From Lytechinus pictus (Eukaryota), in the NCBI RefSeq assembly GCF_037042905.1, contig NC_087262.1, positions 5,332,001 to 5,396,000 of the forward strand: a stretch of DNA of 64,000 nucleotides, given 5' to 3'. The notes beneath the pieces are model-generated. The model made no database searches and was not told the origin of the DNA. It worked only from the letters and a program-made list of their open reading frames with translations. Position 1 is the stretch's first letter; the number at the start of each line of letters is the position of its first letter. The position numbers and the translations under genes are program-made. Shown in pieces: positions 27,449 to 40,157 of the stretch.

Positions 27449-27885
27449 CAGGACGGATTCAAGAACAAATGAAATGTATTGTCAAATGCCCTTGATGACA
27501 AAGAGCAACTAAGAAGTCATCGTCGAAAATTGGTGAATCAAAACAGCAGTTTCGTCCTGGGAAGCGTTTCATGAAAGGACTTGTCGGACGCTTTATCCGA
27601 CAAGTCCTGTTTATCCGACAGTTATCATAGTAACAGTGCCTCTCAGCCAATTATAATCAATCAAAGATGTCAGATCTGACAACTTGTCGGATGAAAATGT
27701 TGATGAAACGCTCCCCTGCACTCTGGATAAACGATAAAATGTATTTGCATTTTTTCCGTCAGCTCCGAAACTTTAAACGAGACTGCTGTTCCGGTTGACC
27801 AATTTTCGACAAAGACCTGTCAGCTGTTCATTGTCATTTGGCGGGCATTTTCAATACATTTACAGTGTTCATGAATCCGTCGTTG
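27449..27885. mobile_element. Inverted copy of the 21534 MITE, interrupted by an insertion
   Basis: CAGGACGGATTCAAGAAC ... GTTCATGAATCCGTCGTTG. Confidence 0.75.
27560..27715. mobile_element. Harbinger-like MITE (nested)
   Basis: GGAAGCGTTTCAT / ATGAAACGCTCCC, CTG TSD on both sides. Confidence 0.8.
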
Positions 27886-28072
27886 ATGCGGAAACTCCCT
27901 ATTATCTCAATGTCTATATTTCGAAGGTTCAGTCACAACAACGAATCCAACTCCAGGCCGATCATAGCTGTCACGTTAATTTGAATAGCATATCATTAGT
28001 CGGTTTGTGGTTGGTTTCGTTAATATGACTGCGACATTATTTTTGCCGTCACACCTGCGAAAACGACTCCAG

Positions 28073-28339
28073 GGGCCCGTCTTACAAAGAGTTGCGATTG
28101 ATCCGATCAATCGCAACTATGGAAAGCCAGCAAAATCATTTAAATGTTTGTTCAAACAAAATTGTAGATATGAATGTATTTCCATAAATTCATTGATTTT
28201 TTTTTGACAATTTGGTGTGTTCTCCTTTGTTTACAAAGGACATTTTGCAAATTTCCTGTAGAAAATAATTATGACACTGATGGATTTCCATAGAGTTACG
28301 ATTGATTGGATCAATCGTAACTCTTTGTAAGACGGGGCC
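28073..28339. mobile_element. Harbinger-like MITE
   Basis: TIR of about 45 bp (CCCGTCTTACAAAGAGTTGCGATTGATCC); CAG / CTG flanks. Confidence 0.85.
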
Positions 28340-28416
28340 CTGACGGACGATATATATTATGATTTGTTTTATTTCCACATGAGATACCAACGGATCGGTT
28401 TGGAGTCCCGGATTTG

Positions 28417-28623
28417 GGTTCCAAGACATTTGCTCCGGCGACAGTTGCTCCGCTGTAAATCCCACCCACTAATGGAATGGCCAATTTCAAACCTTAATTT
28501 AACGTTATACCTTTTCCTAATCCTAAAATGAAACTCTATTGCAACCCAAACCCTAACTCTTTATCTTAGACGAAATAAAGCCCGGAGCAATAATTTGTTG
28601 CCGGAGCAATTGTCGTGTCACCC
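28417..28623. mobile_element. Inverted relative of the 7040 element, with CCTAA motifs
   Basis: GGGTTCCAAGACATTTGCTCC ... GGAGCAATTGTCGTGTCACCC. Confidence 0.65.
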
Positions 28624-28687
28624 GGAGTCTGTTACGGTGGGGGAGACTGTATACAGTTGAGGTGGTGTTCTAACATGGACCAATATA

Positions 28688-28999
28688 GGCCCGTATTCTG
28701 AAGTCTAGTTTAACTTAGACCATGGTTTAACTCTGTGCTAAAATTATGGGAAGCCAAAGGTGTCAACATTTTCATTACATTGTATATGTTTCTTACGATT
28801 ACATGTGCTCTTTCCTGACTCCTGAATGGTGAAGACACTTATCTTATTCATACTTCGTAAACAATTGGGAATGACTTGAGAGTCAAATGAGATGAAATAT
28901 TGTATCTCTATTGTTAGTGAATTATGCAATTGGCTATCCATACTTAAACCACAACTTTAAACCTGAGTTAAAATTAAACCCGACTTCATAATACAGGCC
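28688..28999. mobile_element. Harbinger-like MITE
   Basis: GGCCCGTATTCTGAAGTC / GACTTCATAATACAGGCC TIR. Confidence 0.8.
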
Positions 29000-29958
29000 A
29001 TAATCTTTATAAATGGACCATATTTTAATTTAAGGTTAAGCCCCCCCCCCCCCCCCCCGGAAAAGGGTAGACTTTAATAAACAGAGCAAGATAAACAAGT
29101 TTAATGGTGAAAACTTCATCAAAATCGGATGTAAATAAAGCTGTTTGAATCATAATACAGGGGTCCTTTTTTGGCATTGTCCGGTAGATTGAGAGAGAGG
29201 GGGGGGGGGATAGGGGCATGGACAATGCACATTTCACATGTTTCAGGACAGTTTTTGTATTTCTCACTTTTCTTCATTTCTAGTTAGATTTGATGTAGAT
29301 TGACCCCAATAGAATTTTTTTAAACTCTTGCAAGATGTGAATTTACAATTTGCATCTTACGAGGCCTGTAATCGAAAAGGGACATGGAGAAAATGTTGCC
29401 ACAATAGAAACAAAAATCATACTAAAGAAATATTGAATACAATGGCTGCTCGATTGCTTTTCGTATCAACACAAACAATGACATTTCATACAACGAATGG
29501 TCCTTATTGAATTCAATTGACCCAACATTTGTGTGCTTCAGACAACCTTTCCTCGATCCCGTGACCTCTGTAACACGTTCAGTATTATCACAAATTGTTT
29601 TCATACGAAGATAAATTAAGGGGTAACAAAAAATATCTCACTTTGTCAAATAACAACGATCGCCTTCGAACTTGAATGTCTGCGAGTGTTCTAGTCTCAC
29701 CGTTAGACCCCGTGGCATGTTAATGGTATTTGGTTTATCATAGGACTGCAGAAAAAAAATGTATCATGCAATTTCATGTAGTGTGTGTTTGTTTTATTGG
29801 ATGTTAAGGTATTGAGCTTTGATGGTTGAAGCAGAAAAATATGCCGAATTATTGTAAATGAAGAGTTCTATAAATTGTAGAATTTCTAATGAGATTTGAT
29901 CTTTGTAATTCAGGAATACCAGTCCGTAATATGTATTTTGTTTGTCCCGTCTACAACA

Positions 29959-30234
29959 AGTAGTAGTAGTAGTAGTATTTAGTAGAAGTAGTAGAAGTAG
30001 TAGTAATAATAATCCGTTTTTTTATATAGCGCTTAATACATCGGAACGACGTGTCTAAGCGCTTTACAGATATATTATTACCCCGGTCATCGGATTCAAT
30101 CAGTCATTCCCGCACACAATGTGTGCACATCCTCCACTCCCTGGGGAGTAGTAGTAGTAGAAGTAGTAGTAGTAGTAGTATCAGTAGTAGTAGTAGCAGT
30201 GGTAGTAGTAGTAGTAGTGGTAGAAGTATTCATG

Positions 30235-30277
<43 letters not shown>

Positions 30278-30307
30278 TAGTAGTAAAAGTAGTAGCAGAA
30301 GCAGCAG
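29959..30307. repeat. (GTA)n microsatellites flanking a minus-strand SINE 3' fragment (about 30005-30145)
   Basis: AGTAGT arrays; TATATAGCGC...TATTACCCCGG tail shared with the SINE at 4410. Confidence 0.8.
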
Positions 30308-30835
30308 TTGACTTTAATTTATAACAATGCTTATCTGCCAAACGATCCGTTTATAGGACTTTCTTCTCGTGAAAAAGTCTTGAAGTTGTTTGTAAGTCGA
30401 CATTGACTAACCATGCTTAATGTTGTGAAACGACCTGAGATTATTCAGAACAATACTCGCGCAAGTGTTCGCATTGAAATTGAAAGCTTCGGGAGAAAAT
30501 GAGCCTTAATTTCGAAGAGGTTCAGTTTACACGCTGAACGGCTGGAGTCTCGGCAGAAAGGTATAAAGTGACACGTCTCTATGATATTGAGGGCAAAATA
30601 AGATAAAAATACGAGTAGGTTTATCCAAGGAGCTTCATATCAATGTACAGGGAGCAAACTGCAAGAGAGTGATCCCCCCGGAGCTGATTGCTGGGGGTAC
30701 TGTCACAATTTCTTTATCGGGGAACATATACACTCCATGAGTGTTAATAATTTTTTTCGCTTGTATGATTGGGGATAACTTAATCATTTATTATAATACT
30801 TTTTTATTTTTTATTAGTTCGCTTCTTCTCTTCTG

Positions 30836-30980
30836 GGGCCCGTTGCAGAAAGAGTTGCGTTTAAACGCAAGTCAAAAAATCAATCGCAAGTCAAAAATGC
30901 GCGCTGTTGATTGGTTGAAAATCAAGTTGCGCATGATTTTTGGAGTTGCGATTGATTGCAACTCTTTCTGCAACGGGCCC
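30836..30980. mobile_element. Harbinger-like MITE
   Basis: GGGCCCGTTGCAGAAAGAGTTGC / GCAACTCTTTCTGCAACGGGCCC perfect TIR, CTG TSD. Confidence 0.9.
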
Positions 30981-31672
30981 CTGGTCACTTTATACACAAG
31001 TCCTGTCCAGTGGTGGGTACAAGATCTGGCATTGTGGTTAAAAGATTTCAAATCTTTGGCAGTGTACGGCTCTGATAGGAGATTGATATTTGTCTTTCGC
31101 GTTGAACATGTTGAAGGGGTATTCACCGAAAAGCATATACGTATTAGGATTAGTCTTTAAAACATTCAAGAGGAAAAATTGGGTCTTATTGTGTGTATTA
31201 AAGTCGTTTGTTGATCAAACGACAATTTACGAATAGCTTAACCAGGAGTTAACTTATTCGAATTTGGGAATTAATTAATAACGGTGACCATTTGCTCAAA
31301 GCTGGCATGACATTTCCATCTCCACTGAAATACTAAGTAGACCTCGATTCGAATGTCTTTACATTAAGCATGTTAAGTGGTCATGTATGTTGATTTGAAG
31401 GCTTATACCATTTTAAATGATTGTTACGTAATAACTTATGACTTTACTCGAATTTTAATCGTCGAATTAATTCCCTTAAAACATTTCAAACATTACTGTA
31501 CAGGAAGTCAAACATTGCTCTATTGATCATGTAAACGCAATCATGATTTAGAGAACGTTCCTACTGCAGTGTTGCTTGTTCGACATTCAGGGTGAAGCAT
31601 ATAACTTGCGTTAGATCAGAAATACGGTAGATATATATATATATATATATATCTGTACTGGCACTTCTATAT

Positions 31673-31916
31673 CACTTCAAAAAGTTTTAAACAATATTGG
31701 GTTAAAAGGAAACATGCATGTTTTTTGGGTGAAACAACGCCTGTTCATGTGGAAATTCTAACGAATTGTTGTGTAAATTTTACCCATGAACTGTCTTTTT
31801 TCACCTAACAAAAATGCTAATCAGCTTGCATGCATATTGAATTGGGATTGTTTTAACCGACAGTTTGTTGGTTTAAATTTAACCAACTTGGGATTGGTTA
31901 AACAATTTTGAGAGTG
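31673..31916. mobile_element. Degraded CACT MITE (1158 family)
   Basis: AATATTGGGTTAAAAGGAAACATG shared with 1158; TTTTGAGAGTG end. Confidence 0.55.
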
Positions 31917-32736
31917 CAAAGACGGTCTGATATCAGGGTTATATACTGCTTGTCCTTTAATAATCTTCCTCGTAATTATGAAAGGACAGCCAGTGCAAAC
32001 GGCTCTTTATTGTTGACCTTATAATGCATCCTTTCCAGTTGTTCGTGTCTAGACTTTTAGCCTCCCTTTTAAAATTTCGTCATGTAATATCATCCGCATT
32101 TTTTTTCTTTACAGATTGAGACCGATGAATTTGTTATATGTTTTAGGGGTTTTATGTTGAAATTTGATGCTGATGTTCGGATTTATTTGATCATTACTAT
32201 AATATTGATAGTATTTTGAAGAGCTGCCAAAATATAAAGCATTGATTGAAAGAAATATTACGTATAATAAAAAGAAGACCTTCTGGTCAAGAGTGTACAT
32301 GAGTTTGGTTTGTCACTTTTCATTATTTTAATCAAATTATATTGAATTATATTGAATTGAATTCATTTTTTCACTTTGAAATCAAACACAATTAAATGTT
32401 TACTTAAGGGATGATTAAACAGAGCGTTCCGAGGTTGAATAAATATTGGACTTGCCTTACGGTACGTTAAAAGTGTGGAGCTTAAAGAAAAGGCAAAATT
32501 CTAACATTCGTCCCCAGTTGGGAGAAACATAAATGATTAAATCAAAGAGATATCGCTGTAACCAAGGAGATATCTTCTTGGCGAAACTGACTAATATGCC
32601 CGTTATACACAAAAGGGTGACATCATATGACCAGAAATAAATAAGGGCCAAAAGAGAGAAAGAAACAAAAGGAGATAATATAATTTTAAAAATATCGAAA
32701 ATGGAAATTGAATCGAAATTTCCTGCCAAGTTGAAA

Positions 32737-33000
32737 CTGCTTTGTGGCCCAGTGGTTAGCCTCTGGACTTTGGAATCGTGGGTTGTGGGTTCAAATCCCA
32801 GCCATGGCGTGATTTCATTCAGCAAGAAATTGTTCCAAATTCATGAGGTAAAATGGTACCGACAGGATAAATTCTTTGAATGCGCCCAGCGCCTTTAGCA
32901 GCCGGAGCCAAAGCCAGGGAAATATGAATTGCGCAATTGAATAAGCAACTAGATAATCGGTGCATGCCTCATAAATGCAATAGGGCCTATACTATAATTA
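32737..33000 (+). mobile_element. tRNA-derived SINE
   Basis: TGGCCCAGTGG A box, GGTTCAAATCC B box, CAGCAAGAAATT core. Confidence 0.75.
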
Positions 33001-33471
33001 AGATAAAAATCAAGGTGTCAAAATAATATGAAAATAAGTGAAAACATTATAACCTCCACAAATCTAGAGCGATTTATTGACGCTATTTGATGTAAAGCAT
33101 GTACATGTATCTGTAAAAAAAGATGATGCTAGCTGCTATGCTTTGCGTTGGCATGCAAAGCATATCAACAGTAGTATTTGTTGTTCCATCTTAATAATTA
33201 TGACAAATTGTATTGTTCGATGTTCGAAGGGGGTCGTTTGAGCTTTTCGATGAATAGATGGGTAGCTAGGCATGACAGATATATTTCTATTATTATTTGA
33301 CGGAACAAGCATTCTTTGATCTTCTCAAACAAAGCTTGAATTTGATAAGTGCGGTCACACAAAAACCCAGTGTTGACGATAGTTCATGGTATCTTCATGG
33401 GGGCAACCTATAGATAACCAGGAGTTTATTTTTTTATATCACCCGTTCACTGCATGTATAGTATTGACTTA

Positions 33472-33664
33472 CCGCCCTTTCACACGGTAAAAAAAATCGT
33501 AATTTGAATGATGATTCCAGTGAAAAATAAGGCTAATGACGAATATTTAGCACGTGTGAAACCAAACTAGAACGTGATTAGAATCACGAACGCTAATCAC
33601 AGCCACGGTAACAATATCAGTCATCATTGCAATGATGAGTCAAGATTCACGTGTGAAAAGGCCC
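33472..33664 (+). mobile_element. Harbinger-like MITE (13843 family)
   Basis: TTA TSD on both sides; TIR GCCCTTTCACACG / CGTGTGAAAAGGC. Confidence 0.9.
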
Positions 33665-33770
33665 TTAATGTAGTGGCATCTCTTGATTAGTGCTAGAGTT
33701 GTAACAATAGTTATTCAAAAGAGGGTTATTTCAAAGGCTTGTTATTCGATTGATACTGCTTGTGCGCGTC

Positions 33771-34025
33771 ATCCTCTTGTCTTTCAAACAGAGGGACGAG
33801 GGTTCGAATCCCTACCGTGGTGTGTTTTCCTTCAGCAAGAAATTCGCATTGTATTGCACTCGACCCAGGTGAGGTAAATGGGTACCCGGTAGGATTGACT
33901 CTTTGAATGTACCGAGTACTGCCGACAAAGTGATAGCTCAGGATAAAGCTTGGTAAAATATATAATAGTTGCGTTCTGTATCCTCTGGCAAAAGCGCTAT
34001 ATAAATCAGCTATTATTATTATCAT
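33771..34025 (+). mobile_element. tRNA-derived SINE, 5'-truncated
   Basis: GGTTCGAATCC B box, GGGTACCCGGTAGG core, GCGCTATATAAAT...(ATT)n tail. Confidence 0.8.
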
Positions 34026-34489
34026 CTTATTAACGGTTATGTAGTGCATCGAGGTCTCCCGAGTGACTTCTTAATAACTTTGTACCTTTGTACGCATGAT
34101 CTAAGTAGTAGCATGTTCGCGAACTTCAGATTTACCTTATTTAACCCCCCCCCCTCGATCATCCCTATATACCTGAAAAATAATAATAAGAAGAAATCGT
34201 TTTTCTTCATGACTTATTTATTTTTCTGTAACAGCGTAAGGAGTGTTTGAATTATTAGCACAATACTTAAACAGCACTTAACAAAAGCACTCTCCAAAGC
34301 AAACATCTTTATCGGTAGATAGTATAATGCATGGCCCGGTGTGACGTAAATAGTTTATGCTATTCCCTGACCCATTTTGTACTTGGTTCGGTTCATGGAG
34401 GTTCTCCATACTTGTCTCGTAGCTCAAGACACAATATCGGACGTTGCTCCATTGGACGGCAATTGATGATGAGGCCCAGAAAGACACTG

Positions 34490-35040
34490 GTAGAGGAAAA
34501 ACATAGAATTGATCATCAGACAGAGAGAGCAGGAGAGAGAAAGAAAGATAACGAAGGAGAGTTGGGAGAAAGAACTATGGAAGAACAACAATCTAACAGT
34601 AGGAAGTAGATCCTTGAAGACCAAGAAGAAAAGAAATCAGTAAATTTTGATGAAGAAAATGATGCGGAAGAATAAAGTTCAGAAGAAGAGAAGAACAATG
34701 ATAAAAAAGAATAGAAGAAAAAGAACGAGTGGAAGGTGAAGAAGATGATTAAAAAGGATAAGAGGAAGAGGAAAATGATGATGAAGCAGAAAAGAAATAA
34801 GAAGAAAATGATGGGGGAAAAAAATAAGAAGAAGAGGGGAAGAAGGAGAAGCAAAAAAGAATAAAAAAGAAGAAAGGAAGGAAGAAGTAGTAGAGAAATA
34901 AGAAGGAAGAGAAGAACTTAGAATGTCGGAGTGAGAAGAAGGGAAATGAAAAAAAAAGAGGTATAAAGAGGGGGGACATACCGTCACGAAAAACAGGAGA
35001 AAATGACAAGAAAAGGGGCATTCTGGGATGGAGGACACAG
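34490..35040. repeat. GA-rich (polypurine) low-complexity tract
   Basis: Degenerate GAA/GGA repeats with frequent stop codons. Confidence 0.8.
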
Positions 35041-35557
35041 ACCGGCAGTGATGTATCTCGACAGATAGAGATTAAGAACTGAAATGAGGAATTGGTCGAA
35101 AATTATTACTGACAAGGAGTCCTCTGCATTGACCGTACCTTCGAAAGATGATTAATAAAGACAATGTTTTTCTCTCTTGTCCATCCACTCACCAGCGTCT
35201 CTCAAAGCATACCGACCGATGCATTGCGAAGAACTATTCTAGCCACATCAATCTCAACTTTATTAGCGATGCCCCAATTTTTCTTCCAACGTGCTCTGCT
35301 GTTTTGATGCACTTAAGAAACATCTCTAAAAGATAATGGAACTGCTCTAAGGAAAGAACTATGGTCAGATACAAACTGTATTATTGATATTGAAAATCAT
35401 AATGTGGAAAATAAGTTTACTATTTTTTCAATGTAGATTGTCATTACTTAATATTCAAATCTTCTTTCTGTGTAAGACGTGAAACTTGCGAAGGATTTAT
35501 CTTTTAAAAACGTCTTTCACTTTGCAAAATTAAGACTCAAAATCTGCTCTTTTGCAT

Positions 35558-35675
35558 ATGATACCAAGTATCAAAGCGCAGTTGAGTATATGCACATAGT
35601 AACCGCTATAGGTAAAATAAGACGTAATAAATAAATAAATAAAAAATAAAATATAAATGGACATGTTATTATTAT
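35558..35675 (+). mobile_element. SINE 3' tail fragment
   Basis: Near-exact reverse complement of about 4425-4493 (GATACCAAGTATCAAAGCGCAGTTGAGTATATGCACATAGTAAC). Confidence 0.75.
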
Positions 35676-36329
35676 TCGAATAATAAAAAAAAAATAATTC
35701 CCTTAGTCACTGTGATGTTAATCTCCTTGACTATTCAGAGTCAAACTAAGAATAATGTTGGAAATTCAACATTAACACGCTTAATATGAGAGAGATATTT
35801 ATAAAATTAGCGAAGTTACCTTATGAATAGTTTTTACAACGCTACGGGTTAATGCGTGTTCGTTTTTTTACATTAGAAGATCGTCTGTAATCTAGACAGT
35901 TGCTTTCCCGAAAGGGAAGACTGAACTTTTGATTTAAAGATGGGGAGCGTAGAGGGTGTGCATGTGACTCCAACTAATAGTCAGGATGTTGATGGGGCTT
36001 AATACGATACGGTTCGGTCGACAAGAAGCTCTCCAACTATTGATCTGTTATGGGGTTACAAGCCGGCTCGTCTTCTGGCTGAACAAGAGGCCATGTCGAA
36101 TGGGCACTTGGACACGCCTGTCGATTCGGGGATCGTAAAACGAGATGAGACGAACGAGAAATCGTTAAAGGTGCCCTACACTTTTTTTGCAGGACCATTG
36201 CAGGGTTGAAAGAGCCAGTGATGAACAAAATGGAGACAGTATGGGTGGAGCATTCGAGACGTAGATATCGAGAAGCATGTTTGAGAGATGGATGAGAGGG
36301 AGAGAGAGGTGTGGGCGATGGGTGTGGTG

Positions 36330-36646
36330 CACTGTTAGAAAAAAAAAACCCAGAAGATTTTACAGAAAGAAATAACCAAATCATTCTGTAAATTGTTATA
36401 ACAGGAAAGATTTTCTAAAAAATTTCTACAATTCTACAATTTTATACGGAACAGGTCTGTTATAAATATAGGCGAAAAAGTTTTATTACAATAAATTTAT
36501 AAGGTTACACACACCAAATAGCAATTTTCTTTAACTTTACATATATGCATGTAAGATTACACAGTGCAGTAAGATTACAGGTGTTCTCGAGACTCTGCTG
36601 CAGGAATTGTTTAGGGTTTTTTTTAAGTAGAACTTTTTTATCAGTG
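36330..36646. mobile_element. CACTG-ended MITE
   Basis: CACTGTTAGAAAA ... TTTTTATCAGTG, TG TSD, internal TTACAG repeats. Confidence 0.75.
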
Positions 36647-36866
36647 TGGCCAGACTCTGGGCAGATAGAGTGGGTGTGGGCGAGGGTGTGTATGTTTTGC
36701 GATTGTGAGATGATTTGACATGGTAGTGGCAGTGCCAAACAGAAAGAGTGAGATGAAGGAATAAGATACAAGATGTGAGAACTGAAAGACGATAACTACT
36801 GGGGGACGAAGTGATATGTCAAGAAAATGGGGGACGGGCAGGAGAGATGGGTCATCGAAAAGAGTG

Positions 36867-37266
36867 CACTGCAAACACTCCGGTGTTGATTTAACACCAG
36901 TCCGGAATCTATACACTATACACTAATTTAGCACTTACAGTGCTTGTATAGTGACTGCACTACGAGTGCTGATTTTCTAGTTTAAATTTGAACTAGAAAA
37001 TCAGCACTCGTAGTGCAGTCACTATACAAGCACTGCAAGTGCTAAATTAGCACTTCATTTCTTACAGTGAATATGTCCACACCAGAGAAGTATTGAAACA
37101 AAACCAGTTTGGAATCAAATCCATGCTGTTTTAATTATAATTGGTGTTGTATAAACACCTATCTGGTGTTAGACCGAGACCAAACTGGTGTAGTTTAAAA
37201 CTTCTCCGGTGTGGACATATATAGATTCCGGGCTGGTGTTAAATCAGCACCGGAGTTTTTGCAGTG
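36867..37266. mobile_element. CACTGCAAA-type MITE hosting a nested MITE
   Basis: CACTGCAAACACTCCGGTGTTGATTTAACACCAG / CTGGTGTTAAATCAGCACCGGAGTTTTTGCAGTG, TG TSD. Confidence 0.9.
36914..37069. mobile_element. Nested palindromic MITE of the 2770 family
   Basis: Near-perfect fold-back of about 60-bp arms, inserted in the TATA run of the host left arm; left TIR damaged. Confidence 0.85.
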
Positions 37267-38057
37267 TGGTAATGGTCAGATGAGACAGGGATTGGTAATG
37301 ATAAGAGGTAGCATAAAATTGAAACGTACCGCCAAGGTTTTTTTTTATTGGTGGATTGTTACAAGTCGGAAAGAACCTCATTTTGTTCGGATAGGTAGGT
37401 TTGGGTTGAAGTTTTATCTTCACACTTAACCTGTGAAATTATGTAGGCCTATATTTTGCGTTTGAATAATAACCATATGTAATTCGCTCTTCAAACGGAA
37501 CGAAACAAATTTAAAGGATATGATCTCTATATTTTTATTCTACCAAACACACAAAATGAACAATCGGGATATTTGACACTTCAGTGAGTAGTGAGTCGCA
37601 AACTGACAAAGAACATTTCTTCGTACTTGCAGAGGGTGATGTTGATAACTTTCGTATGATTGATGTACACCTGTAATGAACTATTGAAACGGTGCAGTGG
37701 ATTACACAGAATTGTCACAACATTATTAAATTGAATGCTGAGATAACATTTTTATTTATGTATTTTTATTTTCATTTTATTTTTTGCTTGCAGAGACTTT
37801 CCAAAGCTAAAAACGTTTATTTTATGTATGGCATTCCTTTCCTTCAATATGCATACAACTTAATAGCAAAATGAGAATAATGGCTGGTTTTCTGCCTAAA
37901 CGTTCCTCGCAAAGATTCGCCAGTCATTATTTTGATCCGTTTGGCGCTGGCTGTGCGTTGGCCAAATTTTATCGTAGAGAGTGGCACGAGCAAGAAATAT
38001 GCCATCCTATTGTATATTGCTTCTTATCTTCAAGGAATGACGGAGAATACTTCCATG

Positions 38058-38295
38058 CTGCAGTTACAACGATGAAGCCAACCCCAGACCAATCAAGATA
38101 TTACGTTATTACCAATGACATACCATCGGTCGGTTTGGAATCGGTTTCCTTGATGTGACTGAAGCACGACCGTTTCTATATATGTACACGGTCACATCGG
38201 CGAACCAACCTTAGACCGATCATAATCTATTACGTTATTACCAATGACATACCATCGGTCGGTTTGGAGTCGGTGTCGTTGGTGTGACCGAGGCC
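38058..38295. mobile_element. Tandem pair of short MITE-like repeats
   Basis: TATTACGTTATTACCAATGACATACCATCGGTCGGTTTGGA at about 38099 and 38228; relatives at about 47420-47525 and, inverted, 52220-52320. Confidence 0.65.
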
Positions 38296-39534
38296 TACAA
38301 TACAAAGAGGTTCTGATAGAAACATGAGTAGGAGAAGAAGATATCTACCTTGATAGGATATGAGAGTCATGATGCTGTACTTTTCATAGGCTATATGGAG
38401 AGTTGAGAAGGCGGATTTGCAGGCTGGAGGCAAATTGAAGGGTATGATGCGTATTAAGAGAATTGGCGAAATGAGTGGAGTCGTATATACCGGAGTGCTT
38501 TACACTTATATGTTCAATGTGAATGTGTAGAAGGGGTGCTTTTAAAGGCTTGGAATCATGTGGTGAGGTGCGACAGTGCTGGTAGAAATTCCCCAAAGCA
38601 CCTTTCATCATCCTAAGAACGAAACTTGTTTATTCTTGAATGCTGTGTGTGAATAATGCCATGAAAGCCGGGAAAGAGGAGTGTGGTAGCTCTCCCGCGA
38701 TAGAGCTGTATTCCAAGTCCGCATTGCGTCGTTCTCACGCGTTGTCAACGCGTTAAGATAGACAGCTTAGAGTGCGTCACTTTCACGGCGCCGCGATTTT
38801 GCTGCTTCACCCTTTTTTTTTTATAGTAAGACCGCAGGGGCGAACCCGGTTTAGCGACCTCTCCCATTTCAGCGAAAGGGCGTGTTCCCATTGCCCAGAG
38901 CCTGATAGAATCGACATGCTTTACTATTAAACTCGTTTTAACATCGGTGCAATCGATAATACAAAGGGTAAAAGCAGATTATATGACGTCTCAAGCATGT
39001 CAAGTAAGATGACCGATGAAAAAAGTACAATGGACTCTGAAACTCCTCTACGCAACTTATATTATGTAGCATGATTACATAGATGAGTTGCTTTTGCCGT
39101 CGATCATAATCATCGTCGATGGTGTATGACGGTGGCACAGTAAATTAAACATAACCTATCAACGGAAAACATACATGACATTAACTTCTAACCAATTCTG
39201 TCTTCTAATTTTGTCTCTTCAATTAGGCGTAGACGTGAACATTGATGGCAGTGATTTTTAATCCTTGCCTGTACCGGAAAATGAGGCATGTTGCTTTTCT
39301 GACAGCTTAGAAAATGTTACTAACGTGTTTGGAAAGATGATCAATAATTCTGCGCTGATTGCACATGTTGTATGCACTATGACATTCAACACTTTTACCT
39401 TATTAACGTCGATAAGTCATGCTCCTTTACATATTGTGCTTTATAATCATACGTTGTTGTGGTTATTTTTAGAACATGTTTTGACAGTTTACGTCACCAC
39501 ACGAGTATATATAGATGATAGTTGTAGCTTTATA

Positions 39535-39735
39535 TACTCTTAAAAAGAATTAGTCAAAGTAACCAATGAATTTGTCCGAAAATGGTCAATATCAACCAAG
39601 TTATTGGTTTAATACAATGATTTGTCTCTTTCCATGTTTCGACTGGATTCTATCCAGACTTTTGGTTGATGTTGGCGATTTTTACAAATTATGGCCAGCA
39701 GATTTGCTACTTTGACCAATCCGTTTTTAAGAGTG
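39535..39735. mobile_element. (C)ACT-ended MITE
   Basis: ACTCTTAAAAA...GTCAAAGTA / TACTTTGAC...TTTTTAAGAGTG. Confidence 0.75.
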
Positions 39736-40157
39736 CAAGATAAATCGGCCCCTTCTGCCGTTTTTTTGGTCAACCTGTTGACTCCTGAATTGTATAACTT
39801 CTTTATCATGTTTATAGAGGCAAACTGTTTCCTGAAGGCAATTGGTTGGAAAGAAAGTCAATCGCACCTGCTACGTCAACAGTGTAATGAACTCTGACAA
39901 CGCTAGCTGAAAGACTAGCGAAATAAATGTTCTTTAAAAATGAATAATCCACTTTCTCGAAGAAGCACGCAGGTGTACGCGAATGACACCCCACCCTCCA
40001 GCCCCTAAAACATGCTAAACGTGCAGAAGATGTGAATAACTTTTATAGGCGTGCATCGTCAAGCCTTGGGTATTACTACAACATGCCGCAAGTTTGAAGA
40101 GCTTTGTATCTCAAAACTGAAATGCTCTGCACCGTTTCACAATATTGGATACCGCCC

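Noticed and set aside
30051-30341. Poly-Ser/Thr/Val ORFs
   Set aside because: Translations of (GTA)n.
34331-35038. Charged or Phe/Ser-rich ORFs
   Set aside because: GA-rich low complexity with frequent stops and no domain signature.
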